Positions 36,152 through 46,208 of a stretch of 64,000 nucleotides of DNA are shown piece after piece. The stretch spans positions 29,872 to 93,871 of the forward strand of contig JAUYMS010000012.1 in assembly GCA_030698625.1 (NCBI GenBank). Reading direction: 5' to 3'. This DNA is from Candidatus Omnitrophota bacterium. GTDB lineage: Bacteria; Omnitrophota; Omnitrophia; Omnitrophales; Aquincolibacteriaceae. The first letter of the stretch is position 1; each line of letters starts with the position of its first letter. Made by a program: the position numbers and the translations under genes. Below the pieces are notes generated by a model, which was not told the DNA's origin, ran no database searches, and saw only the letters and a list, made by a program, of their open reading frames with translations.

Positions 36152-38202
36152 AACCCGAAGCCATCCTCGCCGATTTAAACGATGCGCAGAAGCAGGCCGT
36201 GACCTGGCCGGCGCAGCCCCTGCTTATACTGGCCGGCGCGGGCAGCGGCAAGACGCGAATCCTTACCCGCCGAATCGCCCATCTGGTTAAGAGCGGTGTC
36301 CCGTCGTTTAATATTTTGGGAGTCACCTTTACCAATAAAGCGGCTCAGGAGATGAAACTGCGTGTGCAGCAACTCATCAACCAGGATGTCTGGATAAGTA
36401 CTTTTCATGCGACCTGCCTGCGAATTCTGCGCATGGAAGGTCCGGCCATTGGCATCGATAAGAACTTTACGATTTATGATGACCAGGACCAGATGAGTGT
36501 GATCAAGGATTGCCTGAAGGAGCTCGGCCTCAATGAGAAGCAGGCGCATCCGAAGGGTGTCCGGGAGCGGATCCAGCGCGCCAAGGATTTTTTGACGACG
36601 CCGTATCAATACGCCGAGAGGGCCGAAGATTTTTTTGAGGAGCAGGTGGCGCGTGTCTATGAGCGCTATGAGAGGGAACTGGCCCGGTTGAAGGCCCTTG
36701 ATTTCGGCGACTTGATTATGAAGACGGTATTGCTATTCGACCGTCATCCCCGGGTGCTCCAAACTTGGCAGGACCGCTTCCAACATATATTGATCGATGA
36801 GTATCAGGATACCAACAATTGCCAATACCGTTTGATCCGGCTGTTGGCGGCCTCAAAGCGGCAGATCACGGTGGTCGGGGATCCGGATCAGTCGATCTAT
36901 GCTTGGCGCGGGGCCGATATTCGCAACATCCTCAATTTCGAAAAGGATTATCCTGACTGCGGCATCATCAAGATGGAACAGAACTATCGCTCGACGGCCG
37001 TGATCCTTGAGGCGGCCAATGAGTTGATTCAGCGTAATCAGATTCGCAAGCCGAAGTCGTTGTGGACGGAGCGTGAGGAGGGGGCTCGCATCCGTCTCGT
37101 GGAAACAGAGGACGAAAAGGAAGAGGCCCGGTATGTCGTCAGTCAAATTGTCCGCGCCAAGAACGCGGGGCATGCGCTCTCGGACGTGGTTGTCTTTTAC
37201 CGAACCCATGCCCAGTCGCGGGTATTAGAGGACGTGCTTCGCCGGGTAAATATTCCGTATAAGATTCTGGGCGGCACGCGGTTCTATGACCGTAAGGAGA
37301 TCAAGGATCTCATCGCCTATTTACGGGTCATTGCCTTCCCGCATGACGACGTCAGTATGAAGCGTATTCTAAATGTTCCGGCGCGAGGTATCGGTAAAAA
37401 GGCTCTGGAAACGTTGGCGGCGGCAGTGGCCGAGAAGTCGCTCACCATGAACGATGTCCTGCAGCGGGCGGATTCGTTGGAACTCACGCCGCGGACCAAG
37501 CGCACCGTCAAACAATTTTCCGAAATGCTGACCCGATTCAGACAGCAATCGTCTCAGGGCAGTCTTTCGGGCTTGTTGGAGAAGCTGCTGGAGCGGACAG
37601 GATACGTCGATGCCCTCGAAGCCGAAAAGACCGTAGAGGCCCAAGCGCGAATTGAAAATATAGAAGAATTCTTTACGGTCATTAAAGACTTTGAAGAGGA
37701 GAAGCACGAACAGAAGCCGACGCTTGCGGGTTTCTTGGAATCCATCTCTTTAATGACCAATCTCGACTCCTGGGATAAGGGTTCCAATGTCCTGACCCTC
37801 ATGACCTTTCATATGGCCAAGGGGCTGGAGTTTCCGTTGGTCTATATGATAGGGATGGAGGAGGGGATTTTCCCCCATTACAATTCCTATACGGATGATC
37901 CCGAGGATTTAGAAGAAGAGAGACGGCTCTGTTACGTCGGCATCACGCGGTCTAAGGATGAACTGACCCTGACCTATGCGCGCCAGCGACGCCTCTTCGG
38001 TTCCGTGCAGCACAACCTGCCTTCTCGCTTTCTCAATGAGATGCCTTCCGGCCTATTCGATACCCGCCTTTCCGGAGACTCGGCTTTTCAGCATGCGCTC
38101 GACGAGCCTGATGACGTTTTGAAGGACGATGACGGTGGTGATATTGATATTGACATTGAGCTCGAGCCTGACGAGATAAAGCGCCGCATCTTGTTTGATT
38201 AG
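36148..38202 (+). CDS. uvrD: ATP-dependent DNA helicase UvrD/PcrA
   Basis: UvrD motifs: AGAGSGKT (I), DEYQDTN (II), VVGDPDQSIY (III), and the 2B and C-terminal domains. Confidence 0.9.
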   Translation: MKPEAILADLNDAQKQAVTWPAQPLLILAGAGSGKTRILTRRIAHLVKSGVPSFNILGVTFTNKAAQEMKLRVQQLINQDVWISTFHATCLRILRMEGPAIGIDKNFTIYDDQDQMSVIKDCLKELGLNEKQAHPKGVRERIQRAKDFLTTPYQYAERAEDFFEEQVARVYERYERELARLKALDFGDLIMKTVLLFDRHPRVLQTWQDRFQHILIDEYQDTNNCQYRLIRLLAASKRQITVVGDPDQSIYAWRGADIRNILNFEKDYPDCGIIKMEQNYRSTAVILEAANELIQRNQIRKPKSLWTEREEGARIRLVETEDEKEEARYVVSQIVRAKNAGHALSDVVVFYRTHAQSRVLEDVLRRVNIPYKILGGTRFYDRKEIKDLIAYLRVIAFPHDDVSMKRILNVPARGIGKKALETLAAAVAEKSLTMNDVLQRADSLELTPRTKRTVKQFSEMLTRFRQQSSQGSLSGLLEKLLERTGYVDALEAEKTVEAQARIENIEEFFTVIKDFEEEKHEQKPTLAGFLESISLMTNLDSWDKGSNVLTLMTFHMAKGLEFPLVYMIGMEEGIFPHYNSYTDDPEDLEEERRLCYVGITRSKDELTLTYARQRRLFGSVQHNLPSRFLNEMPSGLFDTRLSGDSAFQHALDEPDDVLKDDDGGDIDIDIELEPDEIKRRILFD

Positions 38203-38356
38203 AAGCATTTAGACCTATTATTTAGAAGTCGTTTAACCTCTCCAATCCTAACACTCCTATCACCCACTAAAAAAAACATGATCGAAATTTTGACAAATCC
38301 ACTATGATCAGCTACTTTTAATATACTAAATAAACTATTAGCAAAAGTGGACGCAA

Positions 38357-41300
38357 ATGATGAAACACAAAAAAAGGGCGATTAGTATACTGACGCTGAT
38401 GTTCTTCATGAGCACTCAGGCCGTTGGCGCTATGCCGGCCGGTGGCATTGAGTACGCTCCGCAGGGTGAAACTCCGTCCTTCTTACAAATTGATATTCCC
38501 GACAACCTGGCTCGCGTCGAAGAAGTTTACGAGGCGCCTCCCAAGGTAGATCCGAACCTTATCCTTCACATTCAGAACGCTCACGGCAATTATGAAGCCC
38601 AAGTTAAGATCAAGGGGCTTATGGACTACCTCTATAAGAGCTACGGATTCAAGTTGTTCTTCGTCGAAGGTGCGGTCGAGAAGATGAATGCCGACTACCT
38701 CAGGTTCTACTCCGATCCGGAACGCAATCAGCAATTTGCCGATCTTCTTGCGCGCGACGGAGAACTGACCGGCGCGGAACTGTTTCTGTTGGAGGCCCCG
38801 GCAGAAGTTGAAGCGATCGGTATCGAACAGGCAGAGCTCTACAAAGCAAACTACGAGGCCTTCAAAACCGTGTATAAGGCCGAATCCGACTTTGAAAATT
38901 ATCTGAGAGATCTCGACAAGCGGCTGATGAGCTTCTCGTCAAAGGCCCTTCCGAGTGAATTGCGAAGCATTCTCGTCGAGTGGAAAAAGTTCGAAGAAGG
39001 AAGGCGGCAGTTCCTTCCTTACGTCAAGCGCCTGGCCGAACATGCCAAGCGGTACCTGGATATGGATTTACGCAGTCTTTTTTCGCAGATTGAATGGCCG
39101 CAGATTTCCCGTTTGCTTGTTTTGCAGTCTATGGAAACGGACCTCGATATCGAGGCCGGACGAAAAGAACGTGAAGGCGTCGTAAGATTCCTCAGGGAGC
39201 ACCAAGTCTCCGAAAAGCTGATAACGGCCGTGCAGGAGCTCGAAGAGAAGAAGATTCAGATGAGCCGTCTGAATGTTCGCGACGAACGTCTCGAGGACCT
39301 GCCGAGGTATCTCCTGGAACGCCTTGTAAGCGAAGCCGGGCCCAAAGGATTTAGGTTTGACGATTTTCCCGCTTTCAGTCTTTATGCCGGATACCTGGTT
39401 TTGAAAAGCGAACTGGATTCCAAACAGCTATTTCGCGAAATTGACTTCCTCTTCGACCGTATTATGAATAAGTTGGCCGTCACACCCGAAGAAAAAGCGC
39501 TCCTCGAGCTTTTTCACGACGCCGAATCGCTCCGCAAACTTTTTCACCTGGAGCTTTCCCGGCCCGACTGGCAGACCGCCGTTCGCAGGCGCAACATGAT
39601 CGAACCTTCGGTGATGGCAGAACGGGCCGCAGCCATGGATCCGGAATCCGAAGCGATTGTGGTGAAGCCCTCACTTGCGCAAGTATTCGATACGGCCTTT
39701 ACCTTCTATGACCTGGCCCGCCAGCGCGAGGCCGTTTTCCATTACACGATGAAGCAGGAAATGTTCAAGCGGGGTTTGGATAAGACCAGCGTCCTCACCG
39801 GCGGCTTTCACACCGAAGGCATGCTCGATATGTTCCGCGAAGACGAAACCAATTACGGAGTTTTGATGCCGCGCATACGCGGCAAGGTGGACCGTGAAAA
39901 TTACGTGCACACCGTCATGGGCGACAGGCCCGGCACCTTTGAGGCGTCCACCATGGAAGTTCGTTCGGGTGTTGTCAGTCCCGCCAACTTCGTCGCATCC
40001 GGCGGTGATGTCGCCCTACTCACACAGCGCAATGCGCTTAAGGTTGCAGCCGTAGACAAAGACAATGCCACTAATGCGCCAGACGGCAATCAATTTGAGG
40101 TCGTCAGAAGGACGGATGCGCTGAATAATACACCCTTTGCGCTCGATTATGGCGTTGCCTTTCTTTATGATCCCGTTCAGCAGATTGTTTACCTGTTTGT
40201 TGCAGGGAAACCGTTAAGAGTTGACGGGCAGTATCTTGCCGTCGCAACGGCACTGGTTACCAACCGGGTAAATCGCAGTGAGCTTCGTTCCCTCGATGAT
40301 CGTTTGCTGCGCATACCGCAGGCGCCGTCACGGAAGCTACTCGACGACCTCGCCGGGATCCTTGGCGAACAGGAAGTTGCCAGAAACAAACGCCGCCGTG
40401 AGCAACAGCCGCTCGGTACGCGCCCGGACAGCCGAACCGGTCTCGTTCTCCCTGACGGCGGGGTCACTGCACCTGCCTCCGGTGTGGCTCGTGTAGATAA
40501 CGGCCTACTGGTTTCAGAAACGGCCGGACAGCTTGTCGGTGTTGATGGTCAAGTGATTTCGTCGGCATCAAGACGCGTAGTTGCCGTCTCCGGTTTACAG
40601 ACAATACCCGCACAGACAATTGCTGCGGATCAACCGCCCACGCCGCCGGCAGGAATCCCGGGGCTCGATTTTCTACTTGGAAGGGATGGCCTAGATATAC
40701 AAACCGCCGTGAGGGGAGTCGTCGGCGCGAGTGCCTTACAACAAGTTCCTTTCTTAGGGGACGTTGCCGGCTTTAGAGGCGTTGGGGCCAATCTCCTGCG
40801 ACAGTTGGTTGAGGATCAACGCGAACCGCCCTCGGCCGATAGAGTGCGTGCGATCGTCAGCACGAGCGGCACGGCTGGTATTGTATCTCGCAATGGTTCG
40901 GTCGCGCAGTTTCAAACTGATCTCACAGCCATTGTTCTGGCCGTCAGCCAGAACCAGGATCCGAAGCTTGTCACGGCCCGCAATGCATTGCGCGCTCTCG
41001 CACCGGGAACACCGTCGCATACAACGAATGTCGTGGATGCTTTAGAGCTTACCCGATCTGAGCTGCGTACCGCTAATGTCTTTCTCCTATCATTGGACCA
41101 GCCTTCGGCCGTTACTTATTTTGCTCTGTTACCGGCACAGGCGACCCGAGAGCAGATTACCGCGGCGCAGGATGGCTTTGACACGATTCTCAGTAAATTC
41201 GCTGCGACGACCCTGGGGAGGGCACCCGGGCTTAGCGTGAAAGTTGTGCCCGCGAGCCGCCGCGCCTTGCAAAAGGCCGCTATACAGGCTACGGCTTCGG

Positions 41301-41734
41301 CTTATGCGAATCTATTGAGCAGATTTGTGGATAATATCGCCGACCTCAGCAAAAATCATTCGCTGACAACCGTACGTCCTGACGGTCAGAGAGTTCTGGA
41401 TCAGGCGGGCATCGACATTACGCTTGCGATCACACAAACGCTGCTTACTACGACAGCGATCGCGGCTACTGACTTAAGCGACAAAGAAAAGAATGCAGTC
41501 CTTATTCTGGGGGCCAGCATCGCGGGACAAATGGTTGCGGCCGAAAAGTTGGATGAGGTCGGTGCCGAACGCCTACTGACGATTGCCAGCAGCTTGCGTG
41601 AAGACGTTAAAGCCGCGATCGATGCTTTCCAAGATAAATTCGGTATCAATCCTACGGGATTTAAGCTATTTAGCAGCGCAGCGGTGCTCGTACAAGCCCT
41701 TGCCGCCCTCGAAGAACTCGCCAAAGCCGCGTAA
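38357..41734 (+). CDS. large secreted protein of unknown function (1125 aa)
   Basis: Signal peptide MMKHKKRAISILTLMFFMSTQAVGA. The N-terminal ~500 aa is of mixed composition and the C-terminal ~600 aa is A/V/T/G/L-rich with few charged residues. I recognise no domain. Preceded by a ~150-nt AT-rich region. Confidence 0.5.
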   Translation: MMKHKKRAISILTLMFFMSTQAVGAMPAGGIEYAPQGETPSFLQIDIPDNLARVEEVYEAPPKVDPNLILHIQNAHGNYEAQVKIKGLMDYLYKSYGFKLFFVEGAVEKMNADYLRFYSDPERNQQFADLLARDGELTGAELFLLEAPAEVEAIGIEQAELYKANYEAFKTVYKAESDFENYLRDLDKRLMSFSSKALPSELRSILVEWKKFEEGRRQFLPYVKRLAEHAKRYLDMDLRSLFSQIEWPQISRLLVLQSMETDLDIEAGRKEREGVVRFLREHQVSEKLITAVQELEEKKIQMSRLNVRDERLEDLPRYLLERLVSEAGPKGFRFDDFPAFSLYAGYLVLKSELDSKQLFREIDFLFDRIMNKLAVTPEEKALLELFHDAESLRKLFHLELSRPDWQTAVRRRNMIEPSVMAERAAAMDPESEAIVVKPSLAQVFDTAFTFYDLARQREAVFHYTMKQEMFKRGLDKTSVLTGGFHTEGMLDMFREDETNYGVLMPRIRGKVDRENYVHTVMGDRPGTFEASTMEVRSGVVSPANFVASGGDVALLTQRNALKVAAVDKDNATNAPDGNQFEVVRRTDALNNTPFALDYGVAFLYDPVQQIVYLFVAGKPLRVDGQYLAVATALVTNRVNRSELRSLDDRLLRIPQAPSRKLLDDLAGILGEQEVARNKRRREQQPLGTRPDSRTGLVLPDGGVTAPASGVARVDNGLLVSETAGQLVGVDGQVISSASRRVVAVSGLQTIPAQTIAADQPPTPPAGIPGLDFLLGRDGLDIQTAVRGVVGASALQQVPFLGDVAGFRGVGANLLRQLVEDQREPPSADRVRAIVSTSGTAGIVSRNGSVAQFQTDLTAIVLAVSQNQDPKLVTARNALRALAPGTPSHTTNVVDALELTRSELRTANVFLLSLDQPSAVTYFALLPAQATREQITAAQDGFDTILSKFAATTLGRAPGLSVKVVPASRRALQKAAIQATASAYANLLSRFVDNIADLSKNHSLTTVRPDGQRVLDQAGIDITLAITQTLLTTTAIAATDLSDKEKNAVLILGASIAGQMVAAEKLDEVGAERLLTIASSLREDVKAAIDAFQDKFGINPTGFKLFSSAAVLVQALAALEELAKAA

Positions 41735-41740
41735 CCGTCA

Positions 41741-41762
41741 ATTTTCCCGCCGGCGGGAAAAT
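41741..41762. terminator. bidirectional intrinsic terminator (perfect palindrome TTTCCCGCCGGCGGGAAA flanked by A/T)
   Basis: aTTTTCCCGCC GGCGGGAAAAt between convergent genes. The T-run on + and the A-run on + give T-tracts on both transcripts. Confidence 0.55.
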
Positions 41763-42443
41763 TCAGCTACCACCTTCCATTCTTTTGAGCAGGGCTTCCA
41801 TCTTTTTCTGCGGCATCATGTCTCCGTTTTCGGTAGCGACCTGAATCCCTCGTTCGTAAATTTTACGCGCCTTGGCCTTATCCCCAAATGCTTCCAAAGC
41901 CATTCCCAGGCCCAGATACGACGAGGTATGCTTTGCGTCTACCTCGATCGCTTTCTCAAAAGTATCCATAGCCTCGCGCTTTTTTCCGGACTCGAAATAG
42001 GCCGTCCCTAAACTGTAATAGCCCAGGACATCGGCAGGATCGATTTCGATCACCTGTTTAAAACGTTCGATTCTCTCCGCATGATCCACTTTGGGCATTT
42101 CCGCTTGCTTGGATTTGAGTTCTGACTTCCAGGTGAGCCGGCGCGCTTCATTCTGCTCGTCTTCGGCTTCGAGGATCATCTCCTTGGCGACATAGCAGCG
42201 GGAAAGATTGGTGTGAGCCATAATGCAGTTCGGGTTTAGCTTGACCCACTTCTTCGTGCAGGTGATGGCCTCGTCGTATTTTTTCTGATTATAAAGAATG
42301 ACTGAGAGGGCTTCGTGGGCGTCTTCGAATGCGGGATGGGCGGCAATGACGCGGTTTAATTTCTCGATTGCGGCAGCATTGCGGTCGTGACGAAAGTCTT
42401 CGAGGGCTTCTTGGTAGAGTGGCGGGATTTCCTTACTGCTCAT
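41763..42443 (-). CDS. TPR repeat protein
   Basis: Multiple 34-aa TPR-like repeats (AHTNLSRCYV..., GYYSLGTAYFESGKKREAMDTFEKAIEVD..., SYLGLGMALE...). Confidence 0.6.
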   Translation of the reverse strand: MSSKEIPPLYQEALEDFRHDRNAAAIEKLNRVIAAHPAFEDAHEALSVILYNQKKYDEAITCTKKWVKLNPNCIMAHTNLSRCYVAKEMILEAEDEQNEARRLTWKSELKSKQAEMPKVDHAERIERFKQVIEIDPADVLGYYSLGTAYFESGKKREAMDTFEKAIEVDAKHTSSYLGLGMALEAFGDKAKARKIYERGIQVATENGDMMPQKKMEALLKRMEGGS

Positions 42444-42744
42444 TCAGGCCTAATTTTTTCTTGCCTTCCTCGCTGATGCGTTCGGGTGTCCAGGGCGGAT
42501 CAAAGACGAGCTCCACATCGACATCTTCGGTGCCGCAGGTCTCCACAATTTTGTTGCGCAGTTGGGCCGGAATCTCCTGTGCTGAGGGGCAGGATTGAGA
42601 GGTTAGCGACATACGGATCTTTACGGCGCCGGAATCGGGCGCGGCCTCAATGTCGTAGATCAAACCCAGGTCCCAGATATTTACGGGAATTTCGGGGTCA
42701 AAACACAGCTTGGCGGCTTCGATTACTTGTTCTTTGGTAGGCAT
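42433..42744 (-). CDS. SufT/DUF59 (MIP18-family) Fe-S cluster assembly protein
   Basis: CFDPEIPVNIWDLGLIY ... TSQSCP motif typical of DUF59. Confidence 0.7.
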   Translation of the reverse strand: MPTKEQVIEAAKLCFDPEIPVNIWDLGLIYDIEAAPDSGAVKIRMSLTSQSCPSAQEIPAQLRNKIVETCGTEDVDVELVFDPPWTPERISEEGKKKLGLNEQ

Positions 42745-42792
42745 GATAGCATCATAGCAGAATATGGCACGGTTGTGCTAAAATCCTGCGCT

Positions 42793-43581
42793 ATGGCACC
42801 GGGACGAGAACTAACTGTGTTTATGAGCCTGTGGTATACGGTGACAGGCTGGCTATGTGCGATGCTTTTGACGATAGGCCTGTCGCTTTGGGGCATCGTC
42901 GTTTGTCTGCCGTTTAGCTTGATTTGCCAAAAGGGATCTCGAGCCTCAGTTCACGGGATATCTCTTCTGTGGGCGGACCTTCTCCTCTTCTTTAACCCCG
43001 CCTGGCGCATTAGACTGGAAGGGAATCAATTGCTTGATCACGACGGGCCCTTTGTCATCATTGCCAACCACCAGAGTCTTCTGGATATTTTGATCGTATG
43101 CGCAGGCTTGAAGCGCCATTTTAAATTCCTGGCAAAAAAAGAACTGTTTCCGATCCCGTTTATGGGGTGGCATATGTTCGCGGCCGGATACATCCCTTTA
43201 AGGCGCGGAGACCGCGAAAGTGCGAGGGCGGCCCTTGAAGAGGCGCGGCAATGGCTTCGCCGCGGGGTGAGCGTATTGTTCTTCCCGGAGGGCACCCGCA
43301 GCCTGGATGGAGAAATTCACGATTTCAAACCGGGCGCCTTTAAACTGGCGCGCGAAGAAGGCGTCGATGTTTTACCCCTCGTCATTGATCGCACAGGCAC
43401 GGCCCTGCCGAAACATTCCATCATGATTCGGCGCAAAACGGATTTCTGGCTGTCCATCGGTAAGCCGGTGTCTGTTGTTGACGGCAAGGACAGGCTCGAT
43501 GCGATCCGCCTATCGGTTCGCGCCGAGATGGCAGACCGCTTACACAACATCCGCAGTCGCGAAGAAACCCCGACCCCGTGA
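42793..43581 (+). CDS. plsC: 1-acyl-sn-glycerol-3-phosphate acyltransferase (LPLAT family)
   Basis: HxxxxD motif (IANHQSLLDILI), FPEGTRS, and an N-terminal TM. Confidence 0.75.
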   Translation: MAPGRELTVFMSLWYTVTGWLCAMLLTIGLSLWGIVVCLPFSLICQKGSRASVHGISLLWADLLLFFNPAWRIRLEGNQLLDHDGPFVIIANHQSLLDILIVCAGLKRHFKFLAKKELFPIPFMGWHMFAAGYIPLRRGDRESARAALEEARQWLRRGVSVLFFPEGTRSLDGEIHDFKPGAFKLAREEGVDVLPLVIDRTGTALPKHSIMIRRKTDFWLSIGKPVSVVDGKDRLDAIRLSVRAEMADRLHNIRSREETPTP

Positions 43582-44342
43582 AAATACTGACCCTCAATAC
43601 CTGGCAAGAGCGCGGACCCTGGGAAGCGCGCTGGGAACTCATCATCGACTGGATCGACAATGAAAAGCCCGACTTCATCGCCTTTCAGGAACTCTTTAAC
43701 GGCGAGTGGGCCGCGGCGGTCCGGAAACGCACCGGTTACGGCCACCTCGTCAGTTATCCGGAACCTTCCGGTCTGGTGTTCCTTTCACAGCAGCCCGTGG
43801 TGAATTCTGCCTTAGTTGAAATGCAGGCGCAGTCGCCGACAGAAGACTATTCCCGATACGCGCTATTCTCCGAGTTCGAATTTTTAGGAAAGCCCCTGAC
43901 CCTGCTCAACACGCATCTGTCCTGGAAACTCGGCGAGGATGACGTGCGAGCGCGGCAGGTCGATGAACTTCTGAGTCTTGTCGATCGCCGGCATGAGGGG
44001 CGGCTAGTTTTCGCGATGGGCGATTTTAATAGCCCGCCGGAGGGCGCGGCGATTCGGAAAATGGTCCGGCAGGGGTCTTTTAAAGACGCCTATGCCGGTC
44101 TTCATCCGGGCGAAGAAGGGTTGACGTGGAGCCACAGGAATCCCTACACGCAGATCGCCAGTACCATTGACGGGGCCGTCGATTTGCCGGCGCGCCGGCT
44201 CGACTATATCTTTGTGAAAGAAGGCGCGGGCCGGGAAATTCGGGCGGCTTCAGTCGAGGTCGTTTTGCATGAGCCGGATGCGGCAGGGGTGTGGCCTTCC
44301 GACCATTTCGGACTGCTGGCGACCTTTGAGGGGCTTGAATAA
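43578..44342 (+). CDS. endonuclease/exonuclease/phosphatase (EEP) family protein
   Basis: LNTWQE...FQEL... MGDFNS ... SDHFGL motifs. Confidence 0.7.
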   Translation: MKILTLNTWQERGPWEARWELIIDWIDNEKPDFIAFQELFNGEWAAAVRKRTGYGHLVSYPEPSGLVFLSQQPVVNSALVEMQAQSPTEDYSRYALFSEFEFLGKPLTLLNTHLSWKLGEDDVRARQVDELLSLVDRRHEGRLVFAMGDFNSPPEGAAIRKMVRQGSFKDAYAGLHPGEEGLTWSHRNPYTQIASTIDGAVDLPARRLDYIFVKEGAGREIRAASVEVVLHEPDAAGVWPSDHFGLLATFEGLE

Positions 44343-44348
44343 AGGCCG

Positions 44349-45089
44349 ATGCGCGGGAGTCTAAACAATATGAGAAAGTCCTGGATTGGCGTGATTTTGG
44401 TAGGACTGCTCTGGCACGGATGCGCGACTGCGCCCAAGACTTTCCTGGCGGCCGACGGGGTGCCGATTGCTTATAAACATCAGGTTGTTGAAGGCGCCAG
44501 AGGTACGGCAATCCTTCTGCACGGCTTGGGGTCCTCCTACGACGAATGGTACGATTTTGCGAAATTTCTTAATCGAGAAGGCTGGTCGACATTGGCCATT
44601 GATTTTCGCGGTCACGGAGAAAGTACGGAATGGCTGGGAGCGAACATCGATTGGCATAATTTCCCGGTCAAGAGTTCGAAATTATTCTTGCGCGACGTAG
44701 AGGCGGCGGCGCGGCATTTGGAAGGCGAAGGAGAACTCTGGCTGGTGGGGGGCAGTATGGGGAGCGGTATGAGCTTGTCCTATGCGGCGGAGCATGCTGA
44801 AATCAGCGGTATCGTGCTCCTGTCACCGGGCCTTAAGACAATGGGTTTGGATCTCAAGCCCGCTATTGAGCGCTATGGCACACGCCCGATTCTTGTGGCC
44901 GCTTCGGCCGATGACGGCAAGAGCGTCGCGAATAGTCAGTATTTGCATGAGAAAGCGGCGGGGCCGAAGAAGATCATTACCTATGAAGACGCAGGCCATT
45001 CCACGGCGATGCTGGATTGGGAGAAGGACTTAAAACAGGAAATTCTTTCGTTCATGAATGAACATGTAAAACCGAAAGCCGGGGGATAA
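44349..45089 (+). CDS. secreted alpha/beta hydrolase
   Basis: Signal peptide, GxSxG nucleophile elbow (GGSMGSG), and an HGLG oxyanion region. Confidence 0.7.
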   Translation: MRGSLNNMRKSWIGVILVGLLWHGCATAPKTFLAADGVPIAYKHQVVEGARGTAILLHGLGSSYDEWYDFAKFLNREGWSTLAIDFRGHGESTEWLGANIDWHNFPVKSSKLFLRDVEAAARHLEGEGELWLVGGSMGSGMSLSYAAEHAEISGIVLLSPGLKTMGLDLKPAIERYGTRPILVAASADDGKSVANSQYLHEKAAGPKKIITYEDAGHSTAMLDWEKDLKQEILSFMNEHVKPKAGG

Positions 45090-45092
45090 ACG

Positions 45093-46208
45093 ATGAGTGA
45101 CGAAGGGTACACAGCAGACAAAGCAACGGCGTATCAGAAGATCAAACAGAAACTCAGTCTCTTTCACCTGGTGCTTACCCCGGTGCTCTTGTACCTGGCA
45201 CTTGCCGGTCCGCTGGCCTCCGCGCTTAGGAGCGGCGGCAGTCTCTTAGGAGAGAATCCTTTCGCGGCCGTGGGGCTCTACTTTCTCCTGTTCTCCGTTT
45301 ACCTCTTTCTCTTCGACTTTCCGTTATCCTTTTATTCGGGTTTTGTCTTGGAACACCGTTTCGGTCTTTCCAACCAAAGCCTCGGCGCCTGGCTCGGCTT
45401 TCTAGGAAAACGCCTCTTGATTTCCACTTTGTTTTCTTTGGCCCTGGTTGAAGCGCTCTATGCGTTGATCCGTCATTTCCCCGACACCTGGTGGCTGTTC
45501 GCCTGGGCGGGATATGCCTTTGTGGGCTATGTGCTCGGGAAAATATTTCCCGTCGTCATCGTGCCGCTTTTTTATAAGTACAGCGCGGTCGCCGACGATG
45601 CCTTGCGGGAGCGGATTCTGACGCTCGCGAAGCGTTATGGTTTGGGTGTCGAAAATGTCTATTCGCTGAACTTGAGTAAGACGACCAAGAAGGCGAACGC
45701 GGCCTTTATGGGCTTGGGCAAGACAAAGCGTGTCGTCCTAAGCGACACCCTGATTGACAACTTCACCCATGATGAGATCGAGACGGTCGTCGCGCATGAA
45801 CTGGGGCATTTTAAACACCGTGATATTTGGCGGCAGTTGGCTTTCGGGTTAGTCACTTCGTTGATAGGTTTCTGGATCGCCTTTCGAGTCATGGGTGCCG
45901 CCGCGACCTCCTGGGGCCTCGAGGGTGTTTCCGATGTCGGCAGTATGCCGCTTCTATTTCTGGTCTTTTATGTTTTCGGCCTTGCCCTGATGCCCGTGGG
46001 CAACGGTTTTTCTCGTTATATGGAAAGGGGGGCCGATCGATTTGCCTTGGAAGCCCTGCGGCGGGCCGACGTCTTTATTTCTTGTATGGATAAATTAGGA
46101 AAGGTGAACCTGGCAGATCCCGAACCGAATCCGGTTTACGAATGGTTTTTTTACGATCATCCGGCCATCGGCCGGCGGATTGCCATGGCAAAATCCTTTA
46201 AGGCATGA
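45093..46208 (+). CDS. M48 family zinc metalloprotease (Ste24/HtpX-like)
   Basis: Multi-TM N-terminus and HELGHFKHRD (HExxH) zinc motif. Confidence 0.8.
   Translation: MSDEGYTADKATAYQKIKQKLSLFHLVLTPVLLYLALAGPLASALRSGGSLLGENPFAAVGLYFLLFSVYLFLFDFPLSFYSGFVLEHRFGLSNQSLGAWLGFLGKRLLISTLFSLALVEALYALIRHFPDTWWLFAWAGYAFVGYVLGKIFPVVIVPLFYKYSAVADDALRERILTLAKRYGLGVENVYSLNLSKTTKKANAAFMGLGKTKRVVLSDTLIDNFTHDEIETVVAHELGHFKHRDIWRQLAFGLVTSLIGFWIAFRVMGAAATSWGLEGVSDVGSMPLLFLVFYVFGLALMPVGNGFSRYMERGADRFALEALRRADVFISCMDKLGKVNLADPEPNPVYEWFFYDHPAIGRRIAMAKSFKA

Noticed and set aside
38203-38356. AT-rich island as a possible mobile-element remnant or integration scar
   Set aside because: I see no integrase or transposase, and no direct or inverted terminal repeats. 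The island directly abuts the uvrD stop. It is better explained as the promoter/UP-element region of the large secreted gene.
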